Below are positions 54,961 through 64,000 of a stretch of 64,000 nucleotides of DNA, in pieces (within the stretch, counting starts at the first letter, position 1; each line of letters opens with the position of its first letter). Location of the stretch: the NCBI GenBank assembly GCA_048939995.1, contig JBHLOY010000002.1, forward strand, positions 384,001 through 448,000, given 5' to 3'. Under the pieces are notes generated by a model. It was not told the origin of the DNA and searched no databases. It worked only from the letters and a program-made list of their open reading frames with translations. The translations under genes were made by a program, and so were the position numbers. The DNA is from Promethearchaeota archaeon (GTDB lineage Archaea > Asgardarchaeota > Lokiarchaeia > Sigyniarchaeales > SOKP01).

Positions 54961-56349
54961 ATGGTGGAATCCACTAAAATCCTTTCTGATGAAAATAGAT
55001 TTCATAAACATCTTGGGAAATTTAGTTGCTTGATGATAGGAATCGGAGGGTTAATTGGTGGAGGAATATTTAGTGTAATTGGAGTAATATCTATTTATAC
55101 AGGTCCCTATGCTTACATTTCTTATTTGATAACAGCTATTATAACTTTAATAACTGTTTATTCTTACCAAAAGTTAAATTTTAAATGGTATGGACCAGGA
55201 GGAGAATACTCTGTGGTTCAAGGGGCTTTTGTAAACACCAAATTTCATAACCTAGGATTATTTGTAGGATTACTACTCTGTTTCGGCTATATTTCCTCAA
55301 TGGCCTTATATGCGTACACCTTTAGTGTATACTTTCTATTTTTATTCAATATTCAAAATAATTATTTTTTAATTTCAATTATTATTACAATCTTATTTTT
55401 AATTTTCACCCTTTTAAATTTAAAAGGAGTTAAAGAATCAGCGAGACTACAAAATATTCTTGTAATAATTAAAGTTATTATTTTGATTCTATTCAGCATC
55501 CTGGGAATATCTTATGCCTTGAACTCCCCGGCTCAGATGCTGTCAAATGTTGGTTTAGATATTGATTCCTTAAGAAATCTGTCATTTTTAGGTATAATTA
55601 TTGGGAGTTCTTCTATTGTCGTATCATATCAGGGATTTCAATTAATCGCCTATGGTTCAGCAGAAATGAAAGATACTAGGGGAGGATTAAAGATGATGCG
55701 ATGGTCAATTATAATTTCAATGATCATTTATTGCCTAGTAGGTTTTACGGCTATTGCCATTTTAGGTATCTCAGGATTAGTTGAAGGAGGTGTTCAATAT
55801 GCAGAAGTTGCTATCGCTAATGCAGCCTTAAACTTTATGGGACCATTTGGTATGGTAATTGTTATATTCGGAGCTCTTTTATCAACTGCTAGCGCTTTAA
55901 ATGCAACTATTTTAGGTTCTTCCCGTTTGATTTATTTACTCGCAAAAGAGAAAATTTTTCCAAAGAAGTTTTCATATTTAAGTAATAATAAAGTTCCTCA
56001 TAATGCTATCTTATTTATAAGCATTTTAAGTGTAATACTTACAATCATTACTGGAGGGGCCTTATCAATTGCTAAAGTAGCAGCCTTTATCTTCACCCAA
56101 GTATTTTTTATCATGAATTTTACAAACTATAAAGTACATAAAAAAACAGAAAGTAAAAAATTATTGCCACTAATAGGAATGATTTTAACAGGAGCTTTAT
56201 TTTTGATTTTACTAATATTTAATATTGTTAACATAGCAACTGAATTTATTTCATTTATATCCTTTGTTTGTATGCAAATTGTAATCTTATTTTTAATAAC
56301 TCATATTAAAAATAATAAAAACAATCACAAACATAAATTTATTAGCTAA
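54961..56349 (+). CDS. APC-family amino acid permease
   Basis: GGLIGGGIFS TM1, GGEY, YQGFQ, SALNAT..GSSR; about 12 TM. Confidence 0.9.
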   Translation: MVESTKILSDENRFHKHLGKFSCLMIGIGGLIGGGIFSVIGVISIYTGPYAYISYLITAIITLITVYSYQKLNFKWYGPGGEYSVVQGAFVNTKFHNLGLFVGLLLCFGYISSMALYAYTFSVYFLFLFNIQNNYFLISIIITILFLIFTLLNLKGVKESARLQNILVIIKVIILILFSILGISYALNSPAQMLSNVGLDIDSLRNLSFLGIIIGSSSIVVSYQGFQLIAYGSAEMKDTRGGLKMMRWSIIISMIIYCLVGFTAIAILGISGLVEGGVQYAEVAIANAALNFMGPFGMVIVIFGALLSTASALNATILGSSRLIYLLAKEKIFPKKFSYLSNNKVPHNAILFISILSVILTIITGGALSIAKVAAFIFTQVFFIMNFTNYKVHKKTESKKLLPLIGMILTGALFLILLIFNIVNIATEFISFISFVCMQIVILFLITHIKNNKNNHKHKFIS

Positions 56350-56400
56350 TTCTTTCATATTTTTGTTAAATTTAAGCATTGTTCATAACAGGGTTCTAGC

Positions 56401-59400
56401 ATGTATAAACATTTCAAACTATATAATTATTATAAAAAAAGATATCTTGGAAAAATCTTAATATTAGGGTTAATTGCATTAGGATTTCTTTTAACCTCAA
56501 ATTTGAATCTCTTTGGGTTCAAGATTAATCATTTGAATGAAAATTCCTATAAAAACTTAAATACTGCTAATGGTAACTCAAATTTATTTGAAGGGACATT
56601 AAGTCCATTAAATATTACGGAGTATGGTAATTTATACAACATGAGCCAAGAAATATCGTTAACCAATCAAGAAGAAATAAATCTAAAGTACTATCTCGAT
56701 GATTATCATAGTTGGGAGGTTTCCCAAATTAATAATTCAATAGATACTGTACAGGATACAAGGGATTGGATTAATAATAGTGACTTTTTACCCATAACAA
56801 CTTATACAGTTTACGAAGATCATCAAAGTCCCCATGAATATCAACCCAATAGAGGAAGGGCACAAACATTAGATTCAATCAGCCAATCTGGAGCAATAGC
56901 TATGAGAGTTCACTTTGTTAATTTAAGTTTTGAAGATAGTTATGATAATTTTTTAATGGAAAATGAAAATAATACATTATGTTATATTGATACTGGGTTT
57001 AAATTAGACTTTTTCTCACCTTGGATTTTAGGTAGCACTTTATACTTCTATTTTGAATCTGATGGTTCAATTCAAGAATGGGGTTATGAAATTGATTATT
57101 ATGAATTTATAAATGGATCTTCAAATATTTATCGAAATGCTCGATCTTGGGGATTTAATCAATTCTCATACACTAAAACTGGGTATGGCGCTGGTCAGGC
57201 TGATGGTGAAGATAGCATGTATTTAGCTCTTTATTCAGAAATATCCTCAGAATATCCTCCTCAATATGATGCAACCTATTATGAGGGTAATTTTGTTGAA
57301 TTATACCAAAATATTTCGATTCCACGAGGAAAAGTAATTGATGGATATATTAGCTTTGATTATTACCCAGAATTTGCAATGGAATCAAATGAAAATTTTA
57401 TCTATTGCGAGATCAATAATCAGAAAATATATTCCAAAGGTTTAGGAGATATTGTTAAAAGCGGAAGACGTACGTGGCATCATACTGGAAAGATTTATTT
57501 AGGTTTATGGTCAAACTCGTCAAATATTTTTGGAGGCATACAAAATAATCAAGAATTTAATATTTCTGTAGGAATCATGAGTGGAGCCTCAGTGATGTAT
57601 ACCGGTTTTGAAGATCAATGTCAACAAATATTTTGGTTTGATAATCTTTCATTAGTTCTTACGACGATAGCAAATTGTAGTCAAGAGGGAATAAATTTAA
57701 AACTAAATTCATTAGATTTAACTCAAGGGGACGAATGGGGAACAGCTAATATCTTATTTAATGGAAATTGGGATTCAAATCCTATAATTATTACTGTTAA
57801 TACCACTTCACCTAATTTAAAGTTTAATTTGGATACAATTTTAGCTGGATATCATAAAGGTACATCAAAAATTAATCAACAAAATGAGGAGGGTATTTCA
57901 TATACTATTCTAAATAATGGAACTGTGTATTGGGAATTCTTGCATAACTTTTACATGCCCTCATTTTATTCTGAATTTGAGTTTATTGTAAGTAAACCAA
58001 GCGATTGGCAAATAATTTCAGTTTTTGATCCTACATATTTACCAGTTATCTATGAAGGAGGAAATTATGGTGATGCGTATATTAAGATTAATAGAACACA
58101 AGCAAAGTTTCCTGGTTGGTGGAAATTTAAGGCAATTTCACCTAATTTTATTGAGGAAGAAAACACAATTACTTCGAGGAATGGACAATGGGGATATAAT
58201 GAGTTTTATTCTGGAGATTTTGCTGAAATAAAGACCCAAATTAATTATTCTAATATTATCCCTTCTGGATTGGATCAGACAACAGTAAAACTTACCATTT
58301 ATAATCCACAAGGGGGTATTTGGCATCAAGAAACAAAAGTTCCCCAACTTGATGGAACATTAATTTTTTCAAAATTTTGGTTCTCATCGTCCAATACTAC
58401 TGGAGGAATCTACAATTTTACATTATTTTGGAATAATGGTACTGCTCTAGGAGGGTTAAGTTCATCTTTTACGGTGATACATCAGAGTTATATTACATTA
58501 TTAAAACCAGATGATGCAAGAGAGGATCTTACAACTGGTGGTACTTTAGGAGATATTATTCCATTAAGAGTGTTTGGAAGAGATTTTGAAAATAATAATA
58601 GTATAACTAATGCAATAGTTTCCTACAATTGGAGCTCTGGAACACAGATTATGACTGAAGCTGCTCTCGGTATCTATGAAACTATACTAGACACAGGAGA
58701 TTTAGGATCCTTAGGGCTTTACAAAATATCAATACAAATAAATAAAACTGGCTTTACTGTTAGTAACATTACGTTTACTATCAATTTAGGAGAAGATACC
58801 GTTTTACAAAGATTAGATTCGGATTCAGAAATAATTCTAAATGCAAATAGTACAATAAAGTTTTATTATTATTCTGATTTCGATGAAGATGGAATAGTTG
58901 GAGCGATTGTTACAGTCAATATTTCTAATCCTAGCTATTATAAGGTTAATGATCTCTTAGATGGAAATTATGAAATAACATTTAACACAGCTTTTATTGC
59001 AATACCTGGGGTATATAGGTTACAATTTACGTTTTATGCTCCCGGATATGAAGAACAAGTTCATATTTATCAATTCCGAATAATTAATCCTCCAATAGAC
59101 AATCCTGGTCCAGATCTTTTATTTTTAATTATAATATTATTAGCTGCAATTATTATTATTGGCGTATTAGCATCATTAAGTATAAGATCATATGTAATGA
59201 TACCTAGAAGACGGAAAAGAGAATCTGAATTATTAGCAAGAACTCAAAGATTCAAAGATCTTTCGAATATCCAAGCTATTGTAGTGATTAATAAGACGAG
59301 TGGAATTCCAATTTTCTCGAAAACGTATTCAATCCTTGAAAAACATAAAAAAGAATTATTTTCTGGCTTCATACAAGCAATAACCACCATTGGAGAGGAG

Positions 59401-59934
59401 ATCGTTGGAAGAGAAGTAGCTACGGAAGATGTTAAACCAGAATCAAAATCATCCTTAAAGGAAAGGCTTTTAGAATTAGATTTCAAATACTTTTATTGCC
59501 TGATAAATGATAAAGAAGATATTCGGATAGTTTTTATACTTAAGGAAAAAGCATCACAGAGATTAAAAGAACAAATAATGCATCTTTCTTTAGCATTAAC
59601 GTTACATTTAAGTGAAATTTTTGAAAAGTGGGATGGTTCTTTAGATCAATTTGATGATTTAGTACCACCCATATTAAATGATTATATTGAATTATATTAT
59701 AAAGAGTCATTTATAATTGGAAGAACAGAACATATTGCCAAATTAAGAAAGGATAGCGAATTAAACTCTATGGAAACAAGAATTCTTAACGTTATCTATT
59801 CAATTGCTAAAAGTAAAAGCGAATTTGATTTGGATTATATTATAACCTCTGTACATGAAACAAATAAAGATAAAGTTATTGATGCATTAGAAACACTAAT
59901 TCAGAAGAAAATTATTATCCCTAAAACCAGTTAA
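56401..59934 (+). CDS. Large membrane protein: CUB-like and Ig-like ectodomain, TM, cytoplasmic longin-like domain and winged-helix-like end
   Basis: N-terminal signal/TM; AMRVHF...FEDSYD...FESDGS...WGY (CUB-like); TM then RRRKR; IQAIVVINKTSGIPIFSK...LFSGFIQAI; C-terminal VIDALETLIQKKIIIP. Confidence 0.72.
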   Translation: MYKHFKLYNYYKKRYLGKILILGLIALGFLLTSNLNLFGFKINHLNENSYKNLNTANGNSNLFEGTLSPLNITEYGNLYNMSQEISLTNQEEINLKYYLDDYHSWEVSQINNSIDTVQDTRDWINNSDFLPITTYTVYEDHQSPHEYQPNRGRAQTLDSISQSGAIAMRVHFVNLSFEDSYDNFLMENENNTLCYIDTGFKLDFFSPWILGSTLYFYFESDGSIQEWGYEIDYYEFINGSSNIYRNARSWGFNQFSYTKTGYGAGQADGEDSMYLALYSEISSEYPPQYDATYYEGNFVELYQNISIPRGKVIDGYISFDYYPEFAMESNENFIYCEINNQKIYSKGLGDIVKSGRRTWHHTGKIYLGLWSNSSNIFGGIQNNQEFNISVGIMSGASVMYTGFEDQCQQIFWFDNLSLVLTTIANCSQEGINLKLNSLDLTQGDEWGTANILFNGNWDSNPIIITVNTTSPNLKFNLDTILAGYHKGTSKINQQNEEGISYTILNNGTVYWEFLHNFYMPSFYSEFEFIVSKPSDWQIISVFDPTYLPVIYEGGNYGDAYIKINRTQAKFPGWWKFKAISPNFIEEENTITSRNGQWGYNEFYSGDFAEIKTQINYSNIIPSGLDQTTVKLTIYNPQGGIWHQETKVPQLDGTLIFSKFWFSSSNTTGGIYNFTLFWNNGTALGGLSSSFTVIHQSYITLLKPDDAREDLTTGGTLGDIIPLRVFGRDFENNNSITNAIVSYNWSSGTQIMTEAALGIYETILDTGDLGSLGLYKISIQINKTGFTVSNITFTINLGEDTVLQRLDSDSEIILNANSTIKFYYYSDFDEDGIVGAIVTVNISNPSYYKVNDLLDGNYEITFNTAFIAIPGVYRLQFTFYAPGYEEQVHIYQFRIINPPIDNPGPDLLFLIIILLAAIIIIGVLASLSIRSYVMIPRRRKRESELLARTQRFKDLSNIQAIVVINKTSGIPIFSKTYSILEKHKKELFSGFIQAITTIGEEIVGREVATEDVKPESKSSLKERLLELDFKYFYCLINDKEDIRIVFILKEKASQRLKEQIMHLSLALTLHLSEIFEKWDGSLDQFDDLVPPILNDYIELYYKESFIIGRTEHIAKLRKDSELNSMETRILNVIYSIAKSKSEFDLDYIITSVHETNKDKVIDALETLIQKKIIIPKTS

Positions 59935-59969
59935 TTTAATTATTTACTTTTTATTTTTTTATTTTAGGC

Positions 59970-60593
59970 ATGGCTTTATCACAAGAATTTAAATTTGAGT
60001 GTATTAGATGTGGTAACTGTTGCACAGATCCTAATACTATTGTAAATACTAGTTATTTTGATATTGTAAGAATTAAAAATGGATTAAATTTAACTTTAGA
60101 TGAATTAATCTACATTTTAGGTTTTTATATTTTTGAAAGGAACATTTCTGGGAAAACCCGTAAAAAATTAGTAATTTCTCCCGTAATTGTGGAAAAGGGA
60201 CCTGCCTTTGTAGGATTATTTAAGAAGAAAAATGGTGAATGCTATTTCTATAATAATAAAAATAAAGAGTGTTCTATTTATAATCTAAGACCAATGTTTT
60301 GTAGAACTTTTCCCTTCTCTTTTCAGAAAATAGGTAAATATACTAAAGAATCTTCTGGTAAAATTAAGATATTTTTAAGTAGTAAAGGAATTGACTATTG
60401 TCCAGGTATAAGTAGTGACTCCCCAGTTATTAACGTTGAAGAATGGTTAAAATTAGGGAGTAAAACCCTAAAAGAAATCGGAGAGAATGAAAAATTGATA
60501 TATAAATATAACTCTCTTGTCAAAGAAAAAAAGCTTCAACCTACAGTAAAGAATTTTCTAACTTTTTTAATAGATTCAGGTTTGAAATTCTGA
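59970..60593 (+). CDS. YkgJ-family cysteine cluster protein
   Basis: FECIRCGNCC, CYFY, CSIYNLRPMFCRTFPF, CPG. Confidence 0.9.
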   Translation: MALSQEFKFECIRCGNCCTDPNTIVNTSYFDIVRIKNGLNLTLDELIYILGFYIFERNISGKTRKKLVISPVIVEKGPAFVGLFKKKNGECYFYNNKNKECSIYNLRPMFCRTFPFSFQKIGKYTKESSGKIKIFLSSKGIDYCPGISSDSPVINVEEWLKLGSKTLKEIGENEKLIYKYNSLVKEKKLQPTVKNFLTFLIDSGLKF

Positions 60594-62192
60594 ATATTGT
60601 AAAGAAGCTAACAAGGTCCAAAAAAGCATTCTTAATTCTACTTGAAATGCAAGCTTATTATTTTTCCAATTAAAATCTTCTTCTAAATTTTCATTACTGA
60701 AAAAGTTAGCATAACGAATAATATTACGAAATAAATTGTTTACTGTAATAAATTCCTCATCTTTAAAATCAAGTAAATCATATATTAATAAAGCTCGTGA
60801 TGTATCAGTTAAATTATTATTGATAAGTCCTTGAGGAGAGATAAGCTTTTTTATTTCAGTGTTATAGACGTTTTTAAAAATATTAAAATTGATATCTTTA
60901 TCAATAATTTTTAGAATTCCCAGATGATAAAAAATATCCATTGGAAGATTTTTATTTTCTAATAGCATTAAATCTAAATCAATTAAAGGCTTAATTAAAT
61001 GATTTTTATTGGAGATAACTCCCCCATTTCTTTCTAAGATCTTTAACGATAATAAACTATAGAAATTGAAAGATAGTTTTTCAGGTAAAAAATTTTTCAA
61101 TTCTTTTTCTAAAAACATTTCAATCTCGAACATATCTATCATTTCAGTTTTATCTAGTAAATTTAATTCAGATAAAATGGATAAACCAAAAAGATTACTT
61201 ATAGGATTGGGTTTATGGTACATCCCTGTACTAAATACTTTCCCGCTAACAAAATTTTTCAGTAAATTTAATATTTCTCCGGAATTAAAGGGTAATCCTC
61301 TTCCGATTATTTTTAAATTTGAGATAAAATAAAATAAATTCTCTAAATCAAGAAACGTAACATCATTTTCAACAGAATTTATAAGATTCTCTATGTTAAT
61401 ACTCAATTTCTCTAGCATTTTAGTATCCAATAGGGGAAACTTGCCAAAATAGTCAAGAAAACTAACTTTCTTATCAATAATATCAAAAAATTTGTCAGGA
61501 GGACCACTTTTTAATAGAGTTGGTTTTCCTAAAACCTCAATATTATCTTTTTTTGCCTTTTCTAATTGTCTTAATATTTCATTATTAGAATCGTCTTTGA
61601 TATTTTTGACTAATGAATGATACTTCTCTTTATCAATTATAAAATTGTTAACATCATAAAATGAATCAATCTTGTTGATAATTTGTTGAATATAAGGTTT
61701 CTCTTCTAAAGCAAAAATTTCTTGTTGTTTAAATTGATTTAATTTTTTGAGAAATTTTTTTGGTAATAAATCAAAGAGATCAAGATTTTGAATTTTTTTC
61801 TCATCAATTCTTAAGATATATTCAAGAATTATTGCAAGAAGATATTTATTAATATAAGTTTTTAAACTAGATTTAATAAAGCTATTGAAATCTACATATG
61901 ATTTTCTTTTATTTTTGAATATATTATTAAAGATTTCTTTTTCTAGACTTAATTCTTCAATAGGAATCCCAATTGTATTTAAAGCTGAATTCGTAGCAGA
62001 AATAATTGCATAGATACCCTTTTCAATTTCTCTTTCAGTAGTTTCAGAGATTTTTGTTGTAATATCGATGTTCTTGTAAGAATATAAGTCTTTTATATAG
62101 AAAAAGCATTTTTCGTAATAATCTAGGATTTCATTCTGAAGTGATTTTTTTAATTCTGTTAATAAATTAGGTAAATCCATTTCAATACTCAA
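60576..62192 (-). CDS. Hypothetical helical protein
   Basis: 538 aa ORF; the C-terminal half looks like alpha-helical repeats; no firm motif. Confidence 0.7.
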   Translation of the reverse strand: MSIEMDLPNLLTELKKSLQNEILDYYEKCFFYIKDLYSYKNIDITTKISETTEREIEKGIYAIISATNSALNTIGIPIEELSLEKEIFNNIFKNKRKSYVDFNSFIKSSLKTYINKYLLAIILEYILRIDEKKIQNLDLFDLLPKKFLKKLNQFKQQEIFALEEKPYIQQIINKIDSFYDVNNFIIDKEKYHSLVKNIKDDSNNEILRQLEKAKKDNIEVLGKPTLLKSGPPDKFFDIIDKKVSFLDYFGKFPLLDTKMLEKLSINIENLINSVENDVTFLDLENLFYFISNLKIIGRGLPFNSGEILNLLKNFVSGKVFSTGMYHKPNPISNLFGLSILSELNLLDKTEMIDMFEIEMFLEKELKNFLPEKLSFNFYSLLSLKILERNGGVISNKNHLIKPLIDLDLMLLENKNLPMDIFYHLGILKIIDKDINFNIFKNVYNTEIKKLISPQGLINNNLTDTSRALLIYDLLDFKDEEFITVNNLFRNIIRYANFFSNENLEEDFNWKNNKLAFQVELRMLFWTLLASLQYSEFQT

Positions 62193-62291
62193 ATTATAGA
62201 GTGAGCTATAAAATTAAAATCTTATAGACTTTAATTATTTTTAATACTTTAGTTAAATTAACTTTAATTCTCTGCATCATTAGATGGTTAG

Positions 62292-63035
62292 ATGCCCAAG
62301 GAAAAATTTTCTTATGATTTTATAGCAAAAGATTATAATTTAAAGAGAAAAAAGCCATGGAAGGATCTAAAATATTTTATAATATATCTTGAACTTCGGA
62401 ACTATCGTTTCTTTGGGTATACATGCGATTTAGGATGTGCAAATGGCAGAAATTTTGAAATTTTTAGTAATTTTTCTGATAGAATAATAGGTATAGACAA
62501 TTCTCTTGAACTTCTAAAAATTGCTAAGAATCGAATCAACAATGTAAATTCAAGCGTATATAAGAGTATACCTCAATTAATCTTGAGTGATATAAGATTC
62601 ATTCCAATTAGATCTAACGTGATTCATAATATATTTTCAATTGCAACAATACATCACATTGAATTAAGGTCTGATAGAAAGGAAGTTCTTTCTCAAATTC
62701 GCAAAATTTTAAAATTAAATGGTTATTGTTGCCTTACATTATGGAGAAAATTTCAGAAAAAATATCGTAGCTACTTTATATCAGATTGGTTTAAAAGACT
62801 ATTTAATCGTAAATATAAATCTAAACAAATCGAAATGAGGTTATCTAATTTCGGTGATAAACTTGTTTCTTGGAGAAATTCAACTTATCAGGAAATTTAT
62901 CATAGATTTTATCATTTTTTTTCCAGAAAGGAGGTAAATGAACTTATTAAAGAATTTAAAATCAAGGAAATTAAAAAACTAGGAGGCCCAAACAAAAAAG
63001 ACAACTTTTTTTTATTAATTCAAAAAATAGATTAG
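62292..63035 (+). CDS. SAM-dependent methyltransferase, Trm9/ALKBH8-like
   Basis: YDFIA..Y...R.KPW, DLGCANGR, SIATIHH, YHRFYHFF. Confidence 0.78.
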   Translation: MPKEKFSYDFIAKDYNLKRKKPWKDLKYFIIYLELRNYRFFGYTCDLGCANGRNFEIFSNFSDRIIGIDNSLELLKIAKNRINNVNSSVYKSIPQLILSDIRFIPIRSNVIHNIFSIATIHHIELRSDRKEVLSQIRKILKLNGYCCLTLWRKFQKKYRSYFISDWFKRLFNRKYKSKQIEMRLSNFGDKLVSWRNSTYQEIYHRFYHFFSRKEVNELIKEFKIKEIKKLGGPNKKDNFFLLIQKID

Positions 63036-63042
63036 GAAGTAT

Positions 63043-63534
63043 TCAATGACAAACTATATTATTATAACATTTAAGAATAAATGGTTTGAAATTATCATAA
63101 AGACTATCAATAATCGCACAGTGAAAGTTGATTAAGCGGTTCGTGTTATCACAATAAAAAATAGCATGAATGCTTTTTTCATTATAATATCTTTTTCTAA
63201 TCATTTTAGCTCTTCGACCATACCAAAAAGTAATATTGTGACTCAATAGGTAAGATTCTTCTTTTGAAGTAATAACTAATCCTATCCTACTATAAATATC
63301 AATCGATTTCTGAATTTCTTTTGCATAAAATAAATTTTCAGGCTGTTTTTTTTCCCAGAAAATCTCCATTTTAGCATCAGAACCCCAAATCTCATCATAA
63401 TCATTTTGAGAGTGAAGTAAAATAGTTCCCTCGTCGTTATCTCCTTCCCACTTAACTTCTTTAAACCAAATGGGCATTTTATTTATTACAAGATTACATT
63501 CTGATTTTTCATAGACATAATAATTGTATTCCAT
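63043..63534 (-). CDS. Hypothetical protein
   Basis: 163 aa ORF ending in CH; no family recognised. Confidence 0.7.
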   Translation of the reverse strand: MEYNYYVYEKSECNLVINKMPIWFKEVKWEGDNDEGTILLHSQNDYDEIWGSDAKMEIFWEKKQPENLFYAKEIQKSIDIYSRIGLVITSKEESYLLSHNITFWYGRRAKMIRKRYYNEKSIHAIFYCDNTNRLINFHCAIIDSLYDNFKPFILKCYNNIVCH

Positions 63535-63647
63535 TTTTAAAACGCTAATAAATAATTATAATCACGATATAATTTACTTCTAAAATAAATTGAAGCCTTA
63601 AAAATCTTTATAAAGAGAAATTATAATTATAATAAAATGAAATTCAA

Positions 63648-63998
63648 TTATGATTCTGTCAATTTCTTTGCTTCTTCAATCCATTTCTGAATTCGCTCTT
63701 CTGAAACTCCTTTTATTAAAGTAGATAGTTCTTGAGGATCTTCTTTCAATAAATCTTCTACATTGTTTACTCCTAATTCGACAAATTTTTTCTCTGTTGA
63801 AAGCCCCAATCCTGATAACAATGTTAAGGGGCTACCCTTTACTTCAACTTTCTCTTTTTTTACTTTTTCTACCTTAGCTACTTTCTCTACCTTTTCCTTC
63901 TTAACGGGTTTTACTTTCTTTTTAGGAGTCACCTTTTTAGCAGCTACTTCCTTTTTAACTATCCTCTTTACAGGTTTTTTTGATACTGGTTTAAATGG
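63648..63998 (-). CDS. 3' end of a gene cut by the window edge: Lys-rich linker plus helix-hairpin-helix domain
   Basis: Frame stays open to the window edge (PFKPVSKK...); LSGLG...EKKF.ELGV and IKGVSEERIQKWIEEA. Confidence 0.75.
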   Translation of the reverse strand, partial: PFKPVSKKPVKRIVKKEVAAKKVTPKKKVKPVKKEKVEKVAKVEKVKKEKVEVKGSPLTLLSGLGLSTEKKFVELGVNNVEDLLKEDPQELSTLIKGVSEERIQKWIEEAKKLTES

Positions 63999-64000
63999 CG

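Noticed and set aside
172-61332. Many short overlapping ORFs (e.g. 172-528, 6092-6394, 8694-8996, 21848-22135, 31152-31400, 48085-48327, 61066-61332)
   Set aside because: They overlap well-supported genes on the opposite strand or in another frame and show no motifs.
1-64000. Mobile elements, rRNA and tRNA genes
   Set aside because: No transposase or integrase motifs, terminal repeats or GC-rich structured RNA segments were recognised by eye. A covariance-model scan would be needed to exclude small RNAs.

Overview
AT-rich archaeal DNA, most consistent with an Asgard archaeon (Lokiarchaeia-like). That assignment is inferred from a gelsolin-like protein, HEAT/LRR proteins, a longin-like cytoplasmic domain, PGF/Loki-CTERM-type anchors and a selenocysteine VhuU. 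The core is an energy-metabolism region: hypF/D/E/C, cooC, hdrCBA-mvhD, a second hdrCB, and a split group 3c [NiFe(Se)] hydrogenase (vhuG-vhuA plus an uncalled vhuU with an in-frame UGA). The most unusual element is at about 21.8-34.8 kb. A System I cytochrome c maturation locus (ccmF, ccmA, ccmB, ccmC, ccmE and an uncalled ccmD) is interleaved with three related exported or membrane proteins. All three carry a single-cysteine H-x2/3-C-H motif where CxxCH would be expected. CcmE ends at Cys-Ser-stop with no Tyr, CcmF is short, and no thiol-reduction genes are present in the window. One candidate substrate lies directly upstream of a FAD oxidoreductase and an HdrD-like gene. A three-box GTTT-N7-AAAC-like element with 30/31 bp spacing precedes the hdr operon and two of the motif genes, next to a Cys-tailed Lrp/AsnC regulator. 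The rest is housekeeping and hypothetical genes. No rRNA, tRNA, CRISPR array or mobile element was recognised. All calls come from reading motifs by eye, with no database searches.
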